Source: Gonapodya sp. JEL0774
Taxonomy: Eukaryota
NCBI GenBank assembly: GCA_027604505.1
Contig: JADIIX010000089.1
Location: forward strand, 62,001 to 93,917
Length of the DNA: 31,917 nucleotides
Direction: 5' to 3'
Shown here piece after piece: positions 18,117 through 28,829 of this stretch (positions are counted from its first letter, which is position 1; the number at the start of each line of letters is the position of its first letter). A model generated the notes under the pieces. The model saw nothing but the letters and a program-made list of their open reading frames with translations. It had not been told where the DNA came from and did no database searches. Position numbers and translations under genes: made by a program.

Positions 18117-18627
18117 CCAGAGAATACATCCCAGAGCATTCGAGATTATGAAACAAAAATCTCGTACACGTAACATCATGAATTGGGCGCCTAATGAGTG
18201 ATTAAAATGGTTGAGAATGGCAGTTCGAGAATGGGAGTTCGTGTTTGGAGGGTGTGTTGGGCGGAAGCCTGCACCGGGTGCATGGTGGCTGTTCTCGTGA
18301 ACGTTCAACACACGTCTCATTGTTCTCTTATAATAATTTTTATTATTCAACGTGGCAGGGCCTCAATAAAAATATATGGATCATCAATTGATTCTCAGAT
18401 ACTGTATGTGGGGGTGCTCTGTGTTCCCCTTCCCCCTCTTACCCCACAGAAACCTCAAAGTATGTGAGTGTCAACCGATGGTCGATATAATTTATTGCAA
18501 TGGAACGGGGCAATGTGTAGGGGCAAAGTCTCAAGTATAGTTCGGTGCTGCGAAACAGGGGCAATTGGACGTTTTGCGAATATTATTGGTTGGCGGCAAA
18601 CGAACACTGTCGGAAAAGCTTCAGTCT

Positions 18628-18736
18628 GTGACTCTTTCGTGCGAAGAGTGGAAAGGATTGAGTCACTCTTACGTGCGAAGAGCGAGTCATTCTTTCGTGT
18701 GAAGAGCCAAAAGCGTCACTGTTTCGTGCGAAGAGC
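18628..18736. repeat. Array of four imperfect palindromic 22-mers, consensus GTCACTCTTTCGTGCGAAGAGC
   Basis: Copies at 18628-18649, 18662-18683, 18686-18707 and 18715-18736, separated by 12, 2 and 7 nt. Each contains the dyad CTCTT(T)CG-tg-CGAAGAG. Confidence 0.92.
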
Positions 18737-20456
18737 GGCGAACCTAAAGCATTGTCATAATAGTACAACAGACCAGGTTGATTTCACTTCCGCTTCTCTA
18801 TCTATCCAATCTTGTTGTTGTAACAAAACAACGTGAGTGTCACGGCACACACTGGCACCGCAATATATTACATTGTTGAAGGGGCCGCCACTGGTCAGTG
18901 CATGGTTCACCGTGACCAGGACATAAAGCCCATTCATTCGAATTACTGATGAAACACCCAGCTCTCCATCCATCACTTGCCTTGTCCTGGGGTATCAAGT
19001 GGCCTGCCATCGGCTTATTCCCATTCCGCGGTAGGGCCCGACGCGCGGCAAAGGTGACGAACATCGATATGATGGACATTCAGCTCGACACCAAGTCCGA
19101 GCTCGAGCTTGATGATGCAGGGACAGACAATTCTCAAATGACTGCAGCTGCTCCGGCTACGACAGCACCACCGCTGTTGATCCCTCCGGCATCCAACTAG
19201 TGCTATGCACGCATCCAGGTGAGAGCATAGCTCGATTGTTGTTCTTATTAGTTGAGTCTGTTGAGGCCCTGCCTTGAACTGAGCTGATGAACGATTGTTA
19301 TGTACCTCTTTTCCCTTTCTTCTCTATCACAGAGAGTATTCTGTGGTTCTTTACTACGTCTATCATTTGTTCATGTCCCAAATCTTCCCCACAGAGTTTC
19401 CCAATTGCAGAAGGTTGTTCTCCCAAAATTTGAGCTGTGCTGCCCTTGTCTGTGTTATGCTGATTGGAACTGAATGTCATTTCTTCCCACTCCTTTTTGG
19501 ATGTGCCTTCTCCTGTTCTTCAAACTTGGATTAAATTTTTTAGTGCCATACCACACGATTTCGACTTCTCCATTTTTTTTTCTTTCATTCCGGGAGTGGT
19601 GTTTTCTTCTTTTGTGCCTGATGGTTGAGTTAGTGGAGTAGGTTGCATATGTGACCGTCCTTTTCTGCATTCGGAATCTCCTTAAGATAGATAGTTTTAG
19701 TGGTAGATGGGTCCCTTTCTGCTGCGAGGTGGCACAAAGCACCTGTGGTAATCGTGTCGCGCAGACTGGGACCCTAGTGCATTGTAATGGTGCCAAGAGA
19801 AGGCGCTCGCAAACTAGTACAGGATACGATCTACAGTAATAGGGGCCGCCATGCCGCCGGTCCAGCTCATTTGTAAAACAAATTGTCGACCATCTTTGCA
19901 AGAGAGTCGGTGTGTAAACATGGGGACCAAGCCAAAATTTCGAGAACAAAGTGGGCTCTTCAACTGACCTTCCCTGACACGATGAGATGGCAGGGGTTTT
20001 TCTTTTGCCTGTCTCTGGGGCTCCATTTGAAAGAGGTAGAAAGTGTTCCGTTGGAGCACGGTCCAAGAGGCCACGGCGAGGAGCGATCGAGGGTGTGAAA
20101 CATGTGGATGAGCCAAGAACGCACTCCGGAATTTCTTCCAGCAGGATCGCGTCTGCAACATATCTACCAAAAGAAGAGCACATGGAAGAACTGGCAGAGC
20201 CACGGGGAGGGAGGGAAGTGATCGCGGTACGGGGGAATGACGTGCACAGATGCGGGGTCTGACGGATTGCGAGCTTGCATATATTGGAGGAGGAGGGAAT
20301 ACATCCGCCTGTTCACTGTTCACGAACCACGTATGTACTGGATCCGAGTATAATAATGCATACCACACGACTCGTTCATCTGCCGTGCCGGGCACCCGCA
20401 CCCCCGTCCCCTCTCGGATTTTCGATCGGCCGTTCACACCTATTACATGAACTAGT

Positions 20457-21415
20457 AGATCTCACGTATTGTACGATGGCCACAACATACTTGGTTCATA
20501 CCGAGCTCCTTATTGTCCTCAACCGGACACAGCATCAATCAAGGATGAGCGCTTGCGTCCAACATCCCGCATCTCCGACAGAGGGTGTTGGAGGCATTCT
20601 GAATAACAACACACGGTCAAGACGGAACGCGGCAACCGAGAATTGTGATGAGATTAGAAAATGTAGAAGGCAATCCACGTCAAGGGATATCTCACTTGTA
20701 CACATTCAAGTCCGTCTTGCCATCCATCGCGTTTCCCGAGCCGTCCAAGAGAGTGGCTTTGCCACACACATCCCACGTTGATCGAGATCTCCAGTTTGAG
20801 TCGAGTTTCAGATCGACGTAGGTTTCGTGCGTGAAGTCGGGATACCAAAGGAGACCTCCGAATTGGCAAGTTCCTCCACCGCCAGAATTTATATTACAAC
20901 CAGGAAAAGGTTTGTCCCAATAATCCTTATCGATGAAGGGGAAAAATTGCTTGAAATTGGTGCTGAACAGACCCTCGAATCGTACGATTTTCCAAGAGTA
21001 GGGACCTTCGCCAGTGCAGTTGCGGAGATTATAAGCAGCAGCGGAAATTCCCGAGGGAATAATAGAGGAAAACAAAGCGACAAGAAGAATATGGGGGAGA
21101 CGCATCGAGATGGATTCAATTGGGTTCAGGAGAAGGAGCTAGTTGATGGGACAACCGTGAATGCACGGGAAGAGAAGAAGCCACCGGGCAACGCATCGAT
21201 CACCTGATCAAAGACCGCTACGAAATGGTCGAAAACAAGTCAGGGAGTTGAAGATGGTATTCTGTATTCTAGTTGGGATGACTTCTTTTTGGTCACATTT
21301 GATATATAATTGAGATCTGCTTACGGGCTCCCGCCCGCCCACTATGTACAAGTCCACTCCCGCTACCTCCCTGTGTTGTGCTTGATCAAACCGCCGGACA
21401 GTGAACACCAATCTT
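20457..21415 (-). repeat. Right arm of large inverted duplication (partner ~17160-18116)
   Basis: See left arm; mirrored positions sum to 38573 across the 3' part. Confidence 0.93.
20692..21105 (-). CDS. Small secreted 4-Cys protein, copy B (137 aa, intronless, unknown family)
   Basis: MRLPHILLVALFSSIIPSGISAAAYNLRNCTG...; about 101/138 residues identical to copy A by hand alignment, all four Cys conserved. Confidence 0.82.
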   Translation of the reverse strand: MRLPHILLVALFSSIIPSGISAAAYNLRNCTGEGPYSWKIVRFEGLFSTNFKQFFPFIDKDYWDKPFPGCNINSGGGGTCQFGGLLWYPDFTHETYVDLKLDSNWRSRSTWDVCGKATLLDGSGNAMDGKTDLNVYK

Positions 21416-22867
21416 CAATCGCACTTGTGAGTGAAAGAGCGAAAGCGAGTGAGCGACCTCAAGGGGAGCTCAAAGTTTGAGGCAGATGGAGCACAGGACA
21501 ACGAACGCTACATCCCCCGATTTCCACTTCACCCCTGCTCATTGATATAACGCGAGGTGCCATTTGCGCAATCGGATCTCTCATGGTTCATTTGGCCTCT
21601 GTAGAGAAAAGGTGAACCATGACGGCATTTCGGGCACTGAAACACTCGAATTTACCTCCAAGACCGTGATCTATCATCTTGCTGGTCGTCACATGCCATA
21701 TAAGTGAATGAAGTTTCTCTCAGAGTTGTATGTGTTTGGTTTGGAAACGGGACTGCAGGCTGGAACAATGAAACGGCTCTTGCTTTCTTCCGCCAGCGAC
21801 AGCACAACTCGAGCACCTCCACGCGCGTGGAAAATATACCCTTTTAATGAAATGGGGTACCTATCTTTAACCCAAACCTATCTAACGGTCCTCTTTTGAA
21901 AAACGAAGTGTCGATTGCCCGGGCACTTGGCACGATCAGTGCAAGTCTCCAAACTGTTGCCGGGGTGGTGGCCGAAGCAGCCACGAAAATATCACAGAAA
22001 AGGAAACCTTTCGGCTCGGAGGACGAGGTAGAGTGGTGAGAGTGGGATTCAACAAACCAATGGAGCAGTACGTAGTCGGCATGGAGTGGCCAAGGGCGAT
22101 TTTCGAACCCTGAGCCCACCACTCCTGCCTGCCCGACCCTGTTCCCTGTTGTTCCAACATATCTCAGTCGGTGACGACCAGCCTGGTATGCAGCCGGCTG
22201 CCAGCTTTTTTTTCAAGCCTGTTTTGCGTCAATCCGGCCCTCATGTCCCACAAACTCCAAGTTCAGAATATTTAATTGTTGTATGACCATGAGAGAGTGC
22301 CGTTGCACCGTGAGCAGTATTAGTAGTATGCGTTGTGTTTGTACCAAAACTGTATCATTCGCAATGCAAACATGTTCTCTTTCACACCAAGTAAGCAACC
22401 ATACCGGGCACCCAGGTCGAGCTCAGGTGCCTCAGCAGCGCCCCTACTCGCCTCTTCTATATTCCGGGTTCGGCCCGTCTTGATATTCGCACCACACGAA
22501 TGTTCGACCACACAACGTGCACTCAAAGGTTCTTAAACCAATTCCAAACACGGGGTGAGTGCTACGAACGAACATCCACGCACCGCGCACCACGCGTGCC
22601 ACTTTCCACCGGGCCCTAGGCCCAAACTTCCGTCACCTCCGTTCCACCCCTGGCGCTCCCACTCCCCCGCCCCCCGATCCCGTTACCACACCGGCACGAG
22701 CGTCCCATAATCTACCGTGAGCGGTGGGCGGTGAGTATCCCCTTGTCCAATGCTCCATGCCCCTACCACTGCCCGTGAAGCACGTCCGAGTCCACATTCG
22801 AGACCGACCGCACACACCCGTCCTCTTCCCCCTTCCCTACTCCCCCCAACCCACCCGTCCCCCCCCC

Positions 22868-24400
22868 TCACTCCACCCCAAAGCTCCTCCCACACCCACA
22901 CCCGCTCTTCTCGTTTGGGTTCTCGGTCAACACGAACCTGGTCCCCACCAGCTCCGTCACGTAGTCGAGCGTGGAGCCGGCCACGAGGGGGAGCGAGGAG
23001 TCGTGCACGATGAGCACGGCGGAGGGATAACGGGGGTGGGGGAAGGGGCTGAAGGACGGGGGGGGTGGGGGGCGGGAGGAGTGGCCGGGTGAGCAACTCT
23101 GCACTCAACACTCCATGGGCCACAAACCACAGTCCCCGGTCCCAACCAACACGGCTTGGTCGGAACACGGTCCCGTTTACCTGCGCTCGTCCACTCGGAC
23201 ACTCGGAAATTGGCCCCGTGTCTCGTTCCGACCACCAGTCCTCCCCCCCAAATTTACCTCCTATTCCCCCCACCACCCCAAAAAAAAACCCCTTTCTCCC
23301 AACTCACACATCTCCCTCACCGTACCGTCTCGTGAGCTCCACCCCGTAGGTGTACCCGTGACACCCGCCCGACTCGACAACCAGCCGGAGGGATTGTGTC
23401 GGGCACTGGTCGAGGGCGTTGATGTGGATGAGGCGCTGTGGAGAGGGGGGGGAGAGGGGGAGATGGACACGGGGAGGTCAGTTCGGTCCGGGTTGGTCCA
23501 GTTGTCTTTCACTGAGCACCACTCCGTTCCCACCCCAGCGGCCCAGAGGCGCACCTCCAAAGGGAGGAGAGGGAGAGGGAGATAAGCTGTGCCGCGGACA
23601 CGTGTAGGTTATTACGGTACGGTCCGGTCGTCCTTCACTCCTACTGCACTGCACTCCACACTCCCCCACTCCACTACCCTGTGTCCTCGATTCGGTCCAC
23701 TTTCCCACCTTTTCACCTTTTCACCTTTCCACCTTTCCACAGTCCCAACTTCCCGCCTTTTCAACTTTCCACCTTTCCACCCTCCACCCGCACACCCCCG
23801 CCCAGCACCGCACAACCCCTTAACCCAGCCAACCCACCTCCGCGGCCCGATCCGTGAGCGTAATCTTCCCCACATGTTCGGGCGGCGTGACGGTGGGCGG
23901 TGTGGAGGACCAGACTTCGTCGTCGTCGTCGTCAAAGTCGTCCTCGAAGGCGGCGTCGGAGTCGTCTTGGTGGGTTTCGAGAGGGGTGGTGGTGGTGGGA
24001 AAAGGGGTGGGGGTGGGGGTGAGTGTGAGCGGGACTGGAGCAGGGGTGGTGGGGGGCAGGAAGGGTGCAGGGGTGCGGGAGGGTGGAGCGGGTGTTGGTG
24101 TAGGAGCAGGAGGTAGAGGAGGGGAAGGGAACGGAGATGGGGATGGGGAGCGGGAGGCAGCCGAGGCGGATGAGTAGGCGCGGGCGGCGAGGACGACAAA
24201 GGGGGATGAGGAAGTGAGGGAGAGGGAGTGGAGGCGCGACGAGGTGGAGGTGGGGAAGAGGCGGGAAGGCGACACCGAGCCGAGTTTGCGGAAGAATCGG
24301 GACGGTGTGAGTGGCGGCGCAGCAAGGGATGAGGACTGCTGCACAGAGAGTGAGGAATGCGAGTTGTGAGTGTGGTGGTTGTGGTTGTGGTTGTGGCGAG
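22868..24400 (-). CDS. ISA2: Mitochondrial Fe-S cluster assembly protein, HesB/IscA family, Isa2-like; exons ?-23838, 23435-23308, 23048-22868 (5' end unresolved, end coordinate approximate)
   Basis: Spliced ITLTDRAAE|RL..LRLVVESGGCHGYTY..GDV|PFPHP..STLDYVTELVGTRF..NPNEKSGCGCGRSF*. GGCHG and CGCGxSF are A-type carrier (Isa2) signatures. An upstream Ser/Arg-rich stretch resembles a mitochondrial presequence. Confidence 0.88.
23696..23781. repeat. Degenerate 7-8-mer minisatellite (TTTCCACC / TTTTCACC) in ISA2 intron
   Basis: Repeated ttt(c)cacc units read directly. Confidence 0.8.
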
Positions 24401-24753
24401 GGACCCAGACCCCGCACCCGAGCAGCGGTGGTCTGGGACTGGATCCTGCGAAAGCGAGCGCCGCACGGAGGCCGAGGGCGAGGGCGAACCGGGACAGCAG
24501 TGCTTGTCTGCGGAGAGCGCGGGGAGCGAGGTGGAGTGGGGTGGAGGGAGGGGTGGAGGTGGAGAGGGATGCGGTGCGGGATACGATGTGGGAGGAGCGG
24601 GAGGGAGGGAGAAGTGATGCGGCGAGAGAGTGGGAGGTGGAGTGGGAGGTGGAGCGGGATGCGAGGGCGGCGAGAGGGGAGATGGACTTGGTGCGAGCCG
24701 GGGGGGGGGGTGGGGTGGGGGGGGATGCGGGAAGGGGAAGAGGACAGGGGGAA

Positions 24754-24955
24754 GGGGGTGAGTGTGCTGATGCGTGTTTTCGACCACCCACGGCTGGTGC
24801 CGTGTGTGNNNNNNNNNNCCCCCCCCCCGCCCCCCCCCCCCCCCCGCCCCCGCGCCCCCCGCCCCCCCCCACGCGGCGCGCGCGACCAGGCCCCCGCCAC
24901 GGGGGTGAGTGTGCTGTTGCGTGGTTTCGACGAACAACGGCTGGTCCAGTGTGTG
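24754..24955. repeat. Imperfect 55-bp direct repeat (24754-24808, 24901-24955) flanking an N gap and a poly-C tract
   Basis: GGGGGTGAGTGTGCTG(A/T)TGCGTG(T/G)TTTCGAC..ACGGCTGGT...GTGTGTG is present twice. Confidence 0.85.
24809..24818. other. Assembly gap (10 N)
   Basis: N run in the sequence. Confidence 1.
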
Positions 24956-25175
24956 CGTCCGTCTGGTCGTGATGGTCATTGCAGCTTGGAACAACGGCAC
25001 AAGCACGACGCACCACACTACACACCGTCTCTGGTGTGTCGTGGCGATCTTGGGTACCTCCGTGTCCGTCACCCCGCCCCGCCACGTCCCACAATCACGA
25101 TGTTGCACGTCACACGTTACACCCTGCCAACCTTCCACCGGGGACGGTGCTGCCCGACCACGAAAACGTGCCAGT

Positions 25176-25200
25176 CACACACACACACACACACACACAC
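25176..25200. repeat. (CA)12 microsatellite
   Basis: Read directly. Confidence 0.97.
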
Positions 25201-25588
25201 GCCGTTCTGGGCCATCCACCGCACCATCTCCATCTCCATCTCCGTAGCCACTCGTACTGATCCCCGGCTGAAGGGGTCGTGGGCTCGCTTGATCCGACAC
25301 TGGACCCATGACCCAGGACACCGCACCCGACCACGGACCCCTGGCTGGTGCCCCCTCGCGTCGCCCGTGCCTCCCACTCCTATCTCCTGGCCAGCAGCAT
25401 CCAACGATGCCACCGCTACCGACAAACGCATGCAGGACCCCTCGTTATGTGCGGTCGCTCCCGCTGTAATGAGATCCGCCCTCCGCTTCACGGTGGGGAG
25501 TACTTACGGGGTGTTCCGGAAGCGGTGGAGTGGGCGGGATGGGATGGTGGAGTTCGATGGTGGTGGCGGAGAGACTTGAAGGCGGGAC

Positions 25589-25611
25589 GGGGGGGGGGGG
25601 GGGGGGGGGGG
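25589..25611. repeat. G23 homopolymer
   Basis: Read directly. Confidence 0.95.
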
Positions 25612-25823
25612 TTGCGAAGGGAGTGAGGGAAGCAGAGTGGGGTAAACAGTCCCATTGGACCGTCCGGAAAGGGGTCGACCGGTCCATACGAGCCATCGGG
25701 TCCAATCTCATCCTCCTCCAACAAGACAGGGCAAACTGTTCCTAAGGCCCACATGAACTGCTCTCTCTCTGTGCGGGGCACCATGGCACCATGTCGCTGA
25801 CGCTCTTTGAAGCCGGCCCTGAA

Positions 25824-25974
25824 TCACCTCCGGCCGGCCCCCTCGCTCCGTTTCGCTCACCTCCGGCCGGCTCACTCCGTTCACTTCCGGCCGGGGTCCC
25901 TCGCTCCGTTCTCTTGGCTCACACCTCCGACCGACTCAGCTCCGTTCGCTCCAGCCGGGGGCCCTGCCTTCGCT
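25824..25974. repeat. Degenerate tandem array, ~5 units of 24-40 bp (TCACCTCCGGCCGG...CTCCGTT)
   Basis: Units start near 25824, 25857, 25881, 25921 and 25948; most contain the CCGGCCGG palindrome and CTCCGTT. Confidence 0.85.
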
Positions 25975-27151
25975 AGGCTCATACCGCAGACTCACCCTTG
26001 CTTGATGACCTCTAAGGACCATATTGATTCGCTCGATGCCATTTCTGTGCTTGGGTCTGTGTCGTGTCCCAGGTCTGTGTGGCCCGGAACACGTACCTGC
26101 TAGAAGCGACAATTATTTGTATCACACGCAGAACCCGTCTTAGCTCCCTTCAGTTTCTGAACTTCTCAACTTTGATCGATAAAAGATCAAGGTGATATGT
26201 CAAAAATTTAAAATAAAACTTCACATATTGGAAATGCTCATCCTCTTGCCTTGTTCTGTGCAGGTAGGTCCACGAGTGCAGAGATGGGAGTCTGCACTCA
26301 CTTGGTATGTAGACTGACGACATGTTCGAGAAACAATGGCCCAAAACACTGCGTAAATATCTAATATACAGATTCATTGCGTAGCGATTTATATCGCGCC
26401 ATGACGAGCAGTTCATCCGATCGGGTTCGCTTGTTAGTTGTTCTGTGAGCTGAAGGTGCGTCGCCAGAAACCGTTTTATTACATAAGTTCAATGGGGCGG
26501 AAACCGTAACCAAGGAAAGTCACTGACGCGATGATCAGAAGAGGAATGAGAGCATGATGATTTAACCTGTCAGGGATCAAGATTGTTGGGGCGAAAACTT
26601 ATGGAAGAACTTGCCAAAACAGGTCCAGCAGGTGCCGCGTAAGGAGCGACGGGTAGTGTTACCGGAGTAGCAGTTACCATAGAGCCCATGACTACTGGTG
26701 CTGAGGGAAAGATGGGAAAACAGCAGTGTTGGTGCACATGTTTGTTGAGCGACGGCAATGCTCACCGTGAATTTAAGCAGGTCGCGATCTATCTTTTTCA
26801 ATACTCGCCGCAACTTCCTCCCGCATCCGATCAAAAAATTGGATCACACGATCCACTTCAGCAGTTGAAGAGCGGGCAGTGCAGGTGTCAGTGCATGGGC
26901 CTTGCGAGTATGGGATTTGATATGAAGTTTGAGATGAAAAGGTTAACCCATAGCTGTGCTCACCTTGGCAAACGGAGAGGAAAGCCAACTGATTTGAGAA
27001 ACTTGGAGGCATCCACGAAGCCACGAGAGCTGAAGGGAATCTAGGCAAGGTTGAATTCGATGGAAAGCTTGTGTCCTACAAAGTACACGTACTTTCTGTC
27101 ATGGAGGGTGCAAGGTGGAAGAGGCCGCTTGAGATATCATCTTGAATGGTG

Positions 27152-28216
27152 TTTCATACGTGAACCTGCCATTGATTTGCGTGGATCAACCTGGGGGTAA
27201 GCGTTGTTTCTGTTGGCGGTGGGCGCGCATGGAACAGTCGCGTAGTTGAGAACAATTTTGCAAGAGCAAACTTTTTGGTATAGTTATTTGAAGTAAAACT
27301 TATTCGAGTTCTTTCTTCCAGCGTGTATCCTGCGCGAATTTTCTGCACCAAACGGACCAGTGAGGGAGGTTGCGGTGGGATAGTACAAGCGTGGATGTTT
27401 CGATTGCGGTAAGTGTTGCTTCAGAAATCCGTTTCAATCAGGGAGGTTGCACTTCCATTGGGGCAATGTTGATGCACAAAAGGCTATGGTTGGGGCCGTG
27501 ATAACTCCATTTCCATTTGTTGTCCTCAGGATTTGGTTCTATGCGTGCGTGGATTCGTGCTTTCGGTGCGTCCTACCTAGATCATGGGCCGCATAGCTAA
27601 TTGAGCTGCTCTCTCCACTCCACAGCAATGTTCGCTGAGTACTCCTAGAACCTGGACACCAGGTTTGCATTGAGGATTGCAAATGACGCGGCTGTGAGGC
27701 GTTCAATGTACATCTGGGAACTGCATTTGATTTGCATGGATCGATATGGCCGTAAGCTATTTATCTGTTGGCGGTCGGCGCATGGAGCAGTCGCGCAGTT
27801 GAGAACAGTTTCGGCGGAGCAGACTTGTTGGTCCACATGAGACAGGGGTTCGTACTCACTTCGGTCCGGCCGGGCTCAGGTACTTAGGATCGAAACGAGG
27901 ATGCTCGCCACCATCAGGATCTCGGTGTTCTTACGGAACAACGAGTTACAACACAGTAACCTTGATTCGTTTCACCCATCATGCTGTATCCCTCTTTCAC
28001 CAACCTCATCTACGAAACGGCTGCGAGGCGTTCAATGAACACCTCAAAACTGTGTTTGATTTGCGTGGATCAATTTGGCAGTAAATACCTATTCTTTTGG
28101 CGGTAAGGCTATAGTGGAGATGTGGAGTTGATGACAATCTTGGTGGACTAAAGACTTGTTCACTCTCAAATTGCGTAGTCGAGGACAATTTTGATGGACT
28201 AAAGACTTGTTTGATC
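27152..28216 (+). repeat. Three diverged ~130-200 bp direct repeats (27152-27279, 27688-27839, 28017-28216), possibly decayed duplicated exons
   Basis: Shared TTGATTTGC(G/A)TGGATC..TGG..GTAA..TTGGCGGT..CG(T/C)AGT(T/C)GAG(A/G)ACA blocks. Confidence 0.8.
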
Positions 28217-28652
28217 TTTAAAAGACAAGGTGGGAATCCTTTAGGACTGGTGCGGTCGAGGTGAGCTAAGCAAGGCAGCGGTCTCCTATGGGGACTGAAG
28301 ATCGAGACTTATTATTCACGAGATCAGAGTGACTAATGTAAGCTCTAATTGTACCGTTGCTGGGTGTTCTACAGGGAAGTCCCGTTGGCCGACAAATTCA
28401 GTCGTCTTTAGTGACTGTTGTGAGTGTGAGGGAACCCTTGAATCCCCCGAAATTTTGCTTTTTCAAATAGCAAGGGCAGAGTCTGCAAAAAGTACATGAG
28501 GTTACGCCTTGTATAGACTCACAAAGGTAGTTTATTTCCTAAGGTTGCATGAATTGTGCTTGTTGGATGTTTTGTGGCACAACTTCGTCATATGATACCG
28601 ACCAACATGGGGACGTCGTCATGGGAGCTTCAAGCCTGGGCTTAGCCCGCGC

Positions 28653-28829
28653 ATGAAGTTCCTCATGGCAAATGTGGAAGGGCTCACGGGCAAGGCGAAG
28701 GCTATCAGGAAGGCCGCCCGTGAGCATGAAGTTGATGTCTCGCTTCTCTGCGAGATCACGTGCCACGAGGTTCTCTCAAAACAAAATTACATCCCATGCT
28801 TTCAGTGCCGGAGCAAGCGAGGTCTGTGA
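28653..28829 (+). pseudogene. Possible relic of the APE/EEP endonuclease N-terminus of a non-LTR retrotransposon (58 codons)
   Basis: MKFLMANVEGLTGKAKAIRKAAREHEVDVSLLCE has the spacing of APE motifs I (NxxGL) and II (DxxxLxE). It ends at a stop, and no GDFN, SDH or RT motifs were found downstream. Confidence 0.45.

Noticed and set aside
17774..18139. Antisense ORF pair (17774-18139 minus, 20275-20781 plus) as conserved genes
   Set aside because: Their similarity follows simply from the DNA repeat, and their starts and ends differ.
18628..18736. CRISPR array interpretation of the 22-mer repeats
   Set aside because: Spacers are only 2-12 nt and unequal, the context is eukaryotic, and there are no cas genes.
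18464..18842. 10-bp direct repeat GTGAGTGTCA as a target-site duplication
   Set aside because: The enclosed sequence has no terminal inverted repeats; it may be chance or splice-donor-like words.
17465..21105. Diversity-generating retroelement (TR/VR) explanation for the paralog differences
   Set aside because: Mismatches are not adenine-specific, include an indel and synonymous changes, and no RT is present.
17160..21415. TIR DNA transposon
   Set aside because: The arms are most diverged at the outer ends and contain whole genes; no TSD or transposase is recognisable.
23612..25579. Long ORFs of 322-508 aa on both strands
   Set aside because: Stop-poor GC low-complexity sequence crossing an N gap; only the frame leading into ITLTDRAAE is supported.
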